A DNA stretch of 53,488 nt. Source: Intoshia linei. Taxonomy: Eukaryota; Animalia; Orthonectida. The stretch covers positions 1-53,488 of the forward strand of contig LWCA01000109.1 of NCBI GenBank assembly GCA_001642005.1, given 5' to 3'. The translations under genes and the position numbers were made by a program. The notes under the pieces are model-generated. The model had not been told where the DNA came from, did no database searches, and worked only from the letters and a program-made list of their open reading frames with translations. Shown one piece after another: positions 36,901 to 47,598 of this stretch (positions within the stretch are counted from its first letter, which is position 1; the number at the start of each line of letters is the position of its first letter).

Positions 36901-39900
36901 TATTCGAAGGCAGCACTAACTTCTCAAAAAAATTTAGTAAAGCCGCGCCTTTCTAAAAAAATGTAATCAAATACAGCTTTGCTTCTCATGGGGTGAATAA
37001 TTTTATTAGGGGTGAATACAAAAATTTTAGATGATTGGGTGTGAAGATAAATTTTTAGTATACATTCATGTATGTATGACATACATTGTATGTATTTCAT
37101 TCAATTTAATAAAATCTTATGAGAACAAAGCAAAATTTTACCAACCCTTAATGAAAAAATTCAAAAAAGGAAAATAGTCAATAAAGCCGAACTTTCCCCA
37201 CCTCTGGTTTAAATGCTAAGACTGTTTATTTTTTAAATAATAGGGGACACACAGACATTCAATTTTATATAAGTAAAAGATATATGACTGACAGTCATTG
37301 ACTGTATTATATAATTAACATTAAATTAAATAAAAATGAAATTTATATATGAAATATTAACATTATATTAAAAAGAATGAATTGATTCGGAGAACTGAAC
37401 ATGATAACAAAAAGCAGAAAAACGAAATAATGAAAATAAATACTGAATACGAAATGACAATATTAAATTTAAAAAAGAAAAACCAGGAAACGTTGACTGA
37501 AGTAACTGAACAACTGGAAAATATTAACCGAAAAAGTAACAGGTAAATTGATATTTTTATTTAAAAAATACAAAAAAAAATGTATGTGTTACCGGTGCGT
37601 TTCAGTTTCAAAATACTAAAAAAAATGGTTAAATGATAAAAATTATATGGAAAATAACACTTTATAAATAATGTTATCAACAGTTGTAAATATGATGTGA
37701 ATAATTCAATTATAACAACCTAAATAAAAACACTTTATAGTGAACTCATTTCAAAAGCTCCACTCTTAAAATTTAATTAAAATGCAATTTAGAATTGACA
37801 AGGAAAATGAACAATATAAAGTACAACTCGATGCAATATCAATACAGCTAAATGAAATTCAAAAAAAGAAGGTACATTTTTGTATATTTTACTATATAAT
37901 TTGTAATTATTAATTTTTGATTCTTAGATACAAAGTGACACGAAAATTGAAAATTTAGAAGAAAACATTAGACGAATAAGGCAAGAGAATGATAATCTAA
38001 AAAAAGAAAGATTGTACCTGGTTGAACAACGAAACAGTCTTGCCATAATAAACGAAGATTACGAACGAAAAATTAAAACTATTGAAATTGACTTAAATGA
38101 AAAAAATTCATCATTTCTAAAAAACACCGACCAATTGAACGAATTAAAGGAATATGCGTCTGATATTGAAAAGGTAATTTAAAATTATCAAATTTAAAGG
38201 AGTGTTTGGCCTTTTTTAAATAGTTCCATAAATTTTGAATTATTTAAGATGATTCAATAAATGTTTCTATTTTTACCTCGGCCCACCCAGAGAGATTTAA
38301 TATGTACTTAATTTTTGCATTTCATTTTTGTATATTATATAAATAAATGAAATAATTTAGGAAAACAATCAATTGGGATCTATTAATAATAACATGAAAT
38401 TGGAAATTGATACACTTGGTCAACGACTAGATGACGAAATAATGATGACCCAAACATTGAGAGATAAAATAAATAGAGAAAACAACGAAAGAGCTGCTAC
38501 AAGGCAAAGTAATACATTATTTAGAATTATATACGATAGATTTTGACAAGCACGTACTTCCTGGGCACCTATGGCACGACTCAGCTGCTATAAGTATCTG
38601 TCATGTTCATTTACCTGTATTAAAATTCACGTTTAGAAATTGAAACTGAATTAAATTTAATGAATGACCAATGTGAAGAATTAAGGTAATTTAATTTTGC
38701 AAAAAATGGTAGATTAGACGAAAAATTAAATATTTTATATTTAGTCCAGTCATATTCAAAATAAAGTTCGTGATTCGTAGTCTATAAAAATTTAAATTAA
38801 AAAACTATCAGACCGTTTTATAAATCAGCCATTCCTAATGTCCTAATGTGCCGAATCGTCTCAACTCGAGGCCATCGAAAATGAAAAATAACTTAAATCA
38901 TCACACAAAATACTTATGATAGTCAAGAAAAATTTTTTTTATAATTTCTGGGTGAAATTTTATATCGATATCAACTGGAATTTAAATTTAGGACCGTTAA
39001 TTATGATGTTTAGATTCTCTAGAGCAGTGGTTCCCCATTGGGACCCTGGACCCCTAGGGGTGCGTTAGATTCCAATAAAATGTAAAAAAATGTTATCAAC
39101 TTTTGTTTATTTTAATTAGTGATTGTGCCGGGAATTAAATTTCCAGTATTTCCCGAAAAAAATTGAGACATACCTGTATTTGATTTATGTTTGTTATTAC
39201 TATGAAAATATGATTATATTATAATATTTAAAATTTACCATTTCAAACCCTCAGGGATTAATCTAATCTAACTTTGGGACCAAAAATATCTTGAAAATTT
39301 TAAAAATTGGGTAAAAAAAACTAAAAAAAAATTTAGGGTTAAATCTTAGTTTGTTAAAAGGATTTGACACTGGTCAAAATGTCTTTAAAAATTTTAAATT
39401 TTTCATTAATTTGATATGAATTTTAGAAAAACAAATACAAAATTGAATTATGAATTACAAAGTGTGGCACAAGAAAATGAAAATAAAATTCGACATGAAA
39501 TACTAAAATATAAAAAAACACTGGAAATTGAAAGAAATGAATTTGCAAAACAGCAACAAAACATTTCTTATGCCAATTCAGAATTAAATAAAGCCAATAA
39601 ATTGTTAGCTACTCGGGTTAAAGTAATTTTTAATATAAACTTGTGTATATTGGTCAATTTTGAGTAAATGAAAGATGGTAGATGCGTCGCTAGTTTGAGT
39701 GTTGCATCTGCATTTTTCCTAAAATGAATTTTAATTTTAATTTCTATAATTCAAATACATTTGATGAAAATATAAAATTTATCGTGGTTTCCATAATTCC
39801 TTAATAAGCTCGAAAATTTTCATGGAGCCCAAATATTGTTTATACAATGTAAACATGAACCGTTCAATGGGCTCAAAATTCTAAATACTGGCCAATTTGA

Positions 39901-41162
39901 GTTTTCCTTATAAACAACATGGCCTTCTATGAAAAATATAACCCGCACAGAATTTGATGAATATTATTTGATGAAATTTGAGATTTTATTCAAATCTAAA
40001 ATGTAATATAATTTACTGTAGGAATTGGAAATGTTGATATCAGGAGAACAAAAAAATAATATGGAAATGAAGGATTCTCTAATAAGTTGTGAAAGAAAGC
40101 AGACTATATTATTAAATGAAATGGATGAATTAAAATCTCACTTGGAATCAGTTTTATATAATTTATAGATAAATGAATACAATTTAATTTTAGTCTGAAA
40201 GAACTAAAAAGGCATTGCAATTGGATTTACATGAAGAAGAATCTCAATTATCTGAATTGAAAAATAGTTACAGTCTATTAATAAGAGAAAAGAGGAAAAT
40301 GGAAAATGAATTGGCTACAACCATGGCTTCTTTGGAAGATTTACAAAAAATTAAGCAACATGTTGAAGAATCGGTTGACAGGATTCTAGGAGAACATAGC
40401 AAATTACAAGAAGAATTTAAAATTGAACAAGAAGCGTAATTAAATAATTTTTTAATAAAAATATGAAATTAAGGGATATTACTTCATAACCCCACTAATG
40501 CACCCTTATATAACCATAACCTACGTTTAGACTACGTATATCTGAACAAGAAAAACGTAAACTGGGAGAAGATGTAGGCAAACTATCCAGACAGCTAGAA
40601 AAGGCTGAAATAAATTCAAACAGTGACAGTAAAAAAACTACACAAAAATTGAAAACCCAAATCAAACGTATGAAATTTTGAATAAAATTAAATTAAAATA
40701 AGAATATGAAAATGATTGCGATACATACCAGAAAATCATTAAGGAACATAAAAACATAATAAAGAAAATTGAAAAACAACTCAGCGTCCAAAAAAACAGT
40801 ACCGAAGAATATGAAAAATGCAACAAAGATTTGTGTGAGAAATTGGACGATGGGAAAAGTAAAATAAAGACAATCAAAAGACAATTAGATGAAACGGTAA
40901 TTTTTTAAATTTTAAATTATATTGTTAAAAACTAAAATAGGAGGAGGTTTTGTCTATAACAATGGCGAAATACAAAAAATGTCAAAATATTTTGAATGAA
41001 TATGATCAAAAATCTTCCGATTTCATGCATCGGGTAACATACATGTCTGTCCCCGGATCAACAAACAAAATTGGAAATTACGTCGCAAAACGTATTGAAA
41101 CTCCACGTAGAACACGAGCCTGTTCCGTCAATCGTGAAGTAACGCGAATTGTTCGAATTTAA
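33926..41162 (+). CDS. Paramyosin-like coiled-coil protein (about 14 exons, roughly 680 aa)
   Basis: N-terminal VYRGMSPTSEHRME|KKMNELEEVVEIERDARLR|MEKEYSDL, myosin-rod-like heptads (LKKKNQETLTEVTEQLE, KRKMENEL, IKRQLDETEE) and tail RACSVNREVTRIVRI*; no motor domain. Confidence 0.85.
35002..35151 (-). ncRNA. U1 snRNA variant C (5' arm AUAUAC-GAC), antisense within paramyosin intron 2
   Basis: SL1 UCCGAGAU-GAUCAUAUAG-GUCUUGGG, SL2 CAGAUGUC..AUUGCAC..GGCAUCUG, SL3, Sm-like AAUUUGUUAU and SL4 GGGUACCG-UUCG-CGUACCCC. Confidence 0.87.
35523..36060. mobile_element. TA-flanked MITE
   Basis: TA|CAGTCAAAGT ... ACTTTGACAG|TA imperfect inverted termini. Confidence 0.6.
36881..37206. mobile_element. hAT-type MITE nested in a Helitron-like copy; related copy at about 43310-43659 in the opposite orientation
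   Basis: AGAGGTGGGGAA / TTCCCCACCTCTG termini; shares GGGGAAGCATTTACT.TTCGA.GGCAGCACTAAC with the 43.6 kb copy. Confidence 0.7.
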
Positions 41163-41182
41163 AATAAAAATAAACTAATCAT

Positions 41183-41654
41183 TTAAAAATTTAATACAGA
41201 TTGTATACAGGAAAGGTATTTTGATATATCCACATGACTTATATCTCTAAAGGTAAAACATTGCACCATATAATCGACTAATAACTTTTTTAAATTCTTA
41301 ATATTAAGAAATTACCATTTTGAGATATTCGACCCAAAAATTCAAAATTTCCTCCAATATTAATCTTTTTCAACGTTTTTCCATCAAGTGTAAAAGTATA
41401 CAAATTTGCATTTTTTATGCCAATTTTTATCATTTTAGGTTCAGGTTTAGTTGAATTTGATAATATGCTGTCGATAGAAGATATTCCAACAATTAATTTT
41501 TTTGTATCATAAAATTCTATTCTTGATAATACGTATTAGCATTATTAAAAATGTTTTAAAGTTACCTCCCCATTATTCTTATGTAATTATTTATTTTTAA
41601 ATGACCTACATCATCCAGTGATGTGTATTTATAATGCATTACACCACTTGACAT
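41183..41654 (-). CDS. Small OB-fold protein, TEN1-like (CST subunit; RPA3 not excluded), 3 exons, about 130 aa
   Basis: MSSGVMHYKYTSLDDVGHLKINNYIRIMGR|IEFYDTKK...GGNFEFLGRISQN|VDYMVQCFTFRDISHVDISKYLSCIQ. RxxGRxxxYD and the G..F.FLG...D...Y helix resemble TEN1; splice phases are consistent. Confidence 0.65.
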
Positions 41655-41722
41655 GGTCTATCCAATTTATAAACCTTATCAAAATTATAAAACAAACATC
41701 TGTTTATTTTAATGCGACATTT

Positions 41723-44700
41723 TTAAATAACAAAAGTAAATTCTTTTTGAATTAAATCAAAAAGTTGGTGATTTGTTGGTGAATTTTTTTGTACAAATGT
41801 ATTTTTAATTGTGATTCCAAGTTTGATGAAGACGGTACTGGGTATAGGCGCGGAAATCAATAAGTTTTTGTTTGTTGTAATAGTTTTCTAGTTCTGAAAT
41901 AATAATAATGGTGTAAATAATATTTATTTTTTATTTTGTTTCACAAAATCATCATAACTTGAGTAATAATTCTTTTCTTCGTTTGTAGATTCAATATCTG
42001 AGTTATCTTGTGAGAATGTCAACGTTTTCCCCGTTTCTAAAATATTATATTTTACATTATATTCAAGATAGAAAAAATGTTACACAATGTTGAACCAATA
42101 AAATAATTGGTATAAATATGATTAAAAAAATTTTTGTTAGATTTTATTTTTAAATGGTAGACCGAATTAAAAAATGTATATTCTGAAAGATAGTGGGAAA
42201 AGGTGTCTCCTAGTTACCGTAATAATATCATATTAATATTATTTTATACAAATGATTATTGCATATTTTAAATCATTAAGTGAACTATTTTGGTTAACTA
42301 ATATTTTTTAAATACATAATTAAAAATGGTGAATCTAATAAAACTATAAAAATTTCAATTATGAAATTATCTTTAAAAAAGGGCATTAATTTTATCATAA
42401 AACAACACTTCAAAAAATTCTACTTAAAAATAATAAAATAATTGTAAAAATGTAAATCGTAAAATTGAAACATTGTGAATTGTATCAGTTGATAATTTTA
42501 ATCTATTAATTTAATTACCTGGAATATTTGAAGTTATTAATGATAAATCGTTTCTAGGTGCATCTCTAAAGGTATAATGAACAACTATACATAAAATAAT
42601 GTCAATCAGTGCTATCAACCTTTAGATCAACAACTAAATATTGCAAAATCAATGTTAACTGCAAAGCAAATCAAATTTCTGATAGTTTAAACTTTAAACC
42701 AGAGATAGGGAAAGGGTAATCTACAAAAACGGCACAACTTAAATAATTATAATTACATAGCAATAAAAATACAATACAATGAAATACCGAAACTACACTG
42801 ATATAACGCAATTTCACTTAACATTTGACCTATATTTGATTCATTCTTATTATTATTAGATTTTATAGAATTCATCCACTACAGACCCAAGTTAAAACTG
42901 AAATATTAAGATTAATTTTTTACCTATAAACCATATTACAAAAAAAATAAAAATATTCTCTAGTGTGAACACCATAGAATATTTTTTTATCCTATTCAAT
43001 TATAAATTCTAATTATAAATACACAATATATGATGTTTTGTAGTGAAAAATAGAGTTACGCTGTTAAATAGTGTTAATTGTTGGTTATTATAATTATTAC
43101 TCTCTATTTTGCAATATTCGCTGTTATTAACGCAGTGAAATTAGTTTTAATTATTACAAGCCGAAATTTGAAAATGTTAACTACGAAAATGAATTAATTA
43201 CAATAGTCTTTTTATCTCAAGTTCTACTTGTGATCATATTAATACAATTGTATTTTCATTGCTATGTAATTTTAATTATTTAAGTTGTGCCGTTTTTACC
43301 ATAAATCAGGTAAAGTGCGGCCTTGATAACAATTTGAATTATTTTTCATTTAAAATTATTTTATTTATTATATTATTTTTAAAATATTAATTTTTGGTAA
43401 AATGGGATTTTATAGAAAAATATGGTAAAAGCGGTTTTTTTTTCTTAAGGGTAGGTAAATTTTTGCTTTTTTATTATAATATTTTACCAAATTGAATGAA
43501 ATATACTAAAATGTTCGTATTCACCCCTTGGGGTGATCAGTCACCCCATGAGAAGCACTGATGTATTTGATTAAATTTTATTTAAAAAGTTGCGGCCTTT
43601 TTAAAAATTTTTGGTAGGTTAGTGCTGCCATCGAACAGTAAATGCTTCCCCACGTCTGCTTTAAAGCCTAAAAAAATTAACAGTATTTATTCTGTGAGCT
43701 GTGATCTCGGTCGACTAACATTGCATTGATGCAGATAATAACAAGTACCATACTTTTTTCGGTACGATAAATATAGGAACCAATATTTTTTTAAATTAAT
43801 TAATCGGTATAAGGGCCTACGATTTTCATCTGGCCCAGGAACACTGTTGGCTCACGTCGGCCCTGCATACAATACACAATTATAAAAATATAAATTACAC
43901 TTTCTTTTTATCAATTTGTTTTCTAAAATACGATCTTGCTCTTTGAATACAGTAAAAATTTGTTACAAGTATTGTTGTAGCAGGGACGGCTTAAATACAA
44001 ATAAAAAATAAAATTATACAGTCTAATCCAGTAATTACCAAACCGTGCGCCGCAACGCTCTAGTGCAGTGGTTACCGATTCAAATGATATACAGACCCCA
44101 TTTCAAAATAGTATTTGATAAAATCGTGTTTTTCAAAAAAATATTAGAAAAAGGGAATTTTTTACGTAAAGGTTGGTGAAATTGGATTTTTTATTTTGGA
44201 TTTTTCAAGAAAATATAGATCAAATTTTTCCTTAAGGGTTTGAAATAATATTTTTTATTAAATTTTCATTTTAATGATGCCATAAGTGTCATCTTTTAAA
44301 TAATAATGTAGCCATCGTCTAGTTTAGAAAAATACTGATGTATATGTATACTGAATGTATATTCAACAAAATAAAATCCGGGACGATTTGAAAATTCAGT
44401 ATTAACATGATTATAATCACCAGTTATAGTAGAAAATTTTTAAAACTGTTTTTAGGGTTGAAAAATAATTAACTTAAATATTTACTCAAAGGGCCACCAA
44501 AATTTTTCTGTGTGCCATTGGCTGCCGACCCCTGTTCTATATACACAATTTTAAGTAATAAATACATTATCTTAAAAAATATATATAAACATTTTTTTCT
44601 CTCTATCCTTATTCCGGTAGGAAACCCTGGTCTAGGATTTGAAATAAATTCCAACATCTGCCAACTCTAATAAATATTAAAAATTATCCTATAAAAATAA

Positions 44701-46305
44701 ACAAAAGTTGATAAATTTTTTTTATATTTTAGTTAAATCTTATGGACCCCATGACTTATAGTTTTGGAACCTAATCGGGAACCACTGCTCTAATATTCCG
44801 AAAGCCAAAATTAGATGCATCGCGAGATTTTTAATTATAATTCAAAAATTCAATTGTAAATTTTGTAAAAGTTATTTTAATAATGTTAAAACATTTGGAT
44901 CCACATTTTTGTTCAGTCTATTCCAGCAAACCAGCATATATTTCTGTCAAATCGATTGTAAGTGTTAAGAAATTTGTTTACATATATTATGGGGCCGCCA
45001 AATGATTCATTAATTTGAATGTGAAAAACTGTATTAGAAATTGGCTTTTTAAATTCTACGACTGTTTATGTTTTAAATAAACGGTAAACACACACATATA
45101 TTCAATTTTATATAAGTAAAGGATAATATATTATCAAAAATTCGCGACGCATCTATAATTCACCTACGGTACACTTGTTGGAAAGCACTGTACTATAAAA
45201 TAAGTTGATTTACACAAGTACGGAAACATTTTGAAGGAATATCAAAATCAGTTGAAATTTTAGATAAAAATATAATTAAAAAATTAAAAATTACAAATAT
45301 ACGCAGCAATTTTATTTTTAGGTTTCCAAAAACCTAAATAAAATTATATTCTTAATAATTAAATAAATGTATATATATTACCCATATTTAAAAGCCAGTA
45401 GGTACTAGCTAATGAGGCAAAACACAAAGGTATAGCTAAATTAACTAATATAAAAACATCCTAATTTACATACACATAACATAAACATATAATTTATATA
45501 CGTAGGTATATCATAATATAATTATATGGAAGATTCCAACTATAAAAGGTAATATAGATAAAATTAATAAGAGTAAGTTGATTAATTTTCCAAATTTCCC
45601 AAAATATCAAAAAAATTTGACTCAATTAAACCCACGGATCTCGTTGAATCTAGCTGAAATATTTCATAAGAAAAAAAACACAAATATTTACTTAAACTTC
45701 CAGTACATGATGCCATATTTCTACGCGCTTTTTCAATTGTATCTTTGTGAACATCAGCTAGCAACTAATTTAAATTATATGTAATGTAATGCATTAAACT
45801 AAAAAAAAAACTGGCAAAAAACACGTGTAATAAATTAGGTCTCCCAATTTTTTCGGAAATGGCACCAAAATGAATGCACATATTGATCGCGGTCCCTTAA
45901 CGTTGATAATATGACCCCTATATGGTCCCTGAACCCTACCTGTATTTGGGAAACGCTTTTTCAGATATTACCATAAAAAAACTTTACAAACATTATGAAA
46001 TTAATGATGTGAAAGAACTTTTTTCGCGAAAATTAATCATATCAGTATTAAATTTATTTAGTTCCCAAAAGCTACATTATTGTGGTTGAGGTATTTTATT
46101 ACTACCACCGTCTAATTTTGAAGCAGGCACATTTGTGGCATAAATAAATAAATGTTTTGAAAGATTAACATGTTAACAGATTCTAATAAACTAATTTTTA
46201 CCTGTTAAATGTATTCAATATTCGGTAGTGTTATATTATACATATAAGTATATTGCAAATAACCTTAATAGCTTCATTAACTTTGTCTTGATCTGAATCG
46301 GCCAT
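41723..46305 (-). CDS. Hypothetical multi-exon, probably single-pass membrane protein; both ends uncertain
   Basis: Phase-compatible small exons near 45.75k, 45.65k, 45.54k, 45.43k, 43.94k, 42.55k, 42.03k and 41.89k give DVHKDTIEKARRNM...YIMIYLPIPLCFASLASTYWLL...STVFIKLGITIK; candidate first exon MADSDQDKVNEAIK. Confidence 0.45.
42724..43298. mobile_element. Foldback/MITE-like element with about 50-bp inverted termini
   Basis: AAAAACGGCACAACTTAAATAATTATAATTACATAGCAAT is inverted at about 43258-43298. Confidence 0.65.
44066..44787. mobile_element. hAT-type MITE (CAGTGGTT termini) nested in an older element; relatives at about 39025 and 49031
   Basis: CAGTGGTTACCGATT / AATCGGGAACCACTG; flanks CTCTAGTG and CTCTAATA. 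Confidence 0.7.
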
Positions 46306-46490
46306 TTCGTTATTTATACTAGTAAATAGCAATTACCCCAGTTATGCCTGCTAATAGAAATTTAATAAACACAAATTCAATCTAGCAGCCATTATACATA
46401 ACCATAAGAATACAAAGTTGAATATTTAAAAAACAAAGTTTTGTTAAATTTAAACTTAAAATTTTATATTTGTAATTTATACCAATTAGG

Positions 46491-47511
46491 ATGATTTCTA
46501 CCGACATCAAACCTCATCGATTTATAGTAAATATCAATTCTATGATTTTTAACCTTTCAATCATTTTTATTTTATAATCCCTACTAGTCATATCACTTAA
46601 AAATGAATAAACTAAAATAAAATTGTAATTGTAAAAATTAAGTCATTAACAGTTAATTAACAGCCTTTAAAATGTGCATTTATTCTGTATTAATAATTTT
46701 ATTGAAATTTATTTATAAGGAAAATATTCACGATGAACTTATCAAGTACAAATTGGAAGAAGTTCAAAATCTTTTAGCTCATATTACTCTATCTATCCAA
46801 AAGTGTCGTAAAATTGAAGATGAATATACCGCTCAAAGAAACAAGTACTTGATTTTTATCTATTTATTTTATTTTAAAATTAATATAGAATGAAAGAACA
46901 ATTGGAACCAATGACTAAAACCATTGGAGCCATTCAATTTGCTGAAAAGAACAAGGTATTTAATTCTTAGGGCTATTAAACTTTTTATTTTGAACTCGTA
47001 TCGTTGCTAGTGCATAGTATTGCTTATTCAAGATTTAATTTCTTTAAAAATTTTTAAAAATACATTTTTAATTAATTTCTCGTTTTTTCTTTTAGAATAA
47101 AACTTGTGAATCTCGCATAAAACTTTCTGAAAGTCTTTATGTTACTGCCAATGTGGAATTTGATGGCAAAGTTGGATTATGGCTGGGGGTATTTTTTAAA
47201 TTCAATAGCGTGTTCAGTATTCTACGCGTTTTGTTAGACTTTTAAATTATTTTGTAGGCTGGTGTCATGGCTGAATACACATGTAACAAAGCATTGGAAT
47301 TGACAAACCGTTCTCATAAAAATTTAAACAAAAAAATCCAAGAAATTGAACAAAGTTTGACAGTACTTCGAAACGAAATCAACACTTTACAAGTGAATAT
47401 CCTTTTATTTTACTCTTATATTATATTTTCATTTGCATATTTATTTTCCTTAATTATCGTTTACATTTTTCTCGTATACACAATTGGACTATTAAACAAA
47501 AAAGGAAATAA
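46491..47511 (+). CDS. VBP1: Prefoldin subunit 3 (6 exons; last intron AT-AC)
   Basis: KPHRFI|ENI..., LSESLYVTANVEFDGKVGLWLG|AGVMAEY, LRNEINTLQV N FSRIHNW align with PFDN3 motifs (WLGANVMLEY, TTEVNMARVYNW). Confidence 0.92.
47397..47464 (+). other. U12-type (minor spliceosome) AT-AC intron
   Basis: 5' ATATCCTTTT, branch site TTCCTTAAT near the 3' end, terminal TTAC; removal restores the conserved VN..R..NW frame. Confidence 0.88.
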
Positions 47512-47598
47512 TTTTGAGTAAAATATTGTATTTCTCATTAAATGTTTGCAAATTTGTTCTTGATAGCATAGTAACCCAATTTCCACAATTTTATATTG

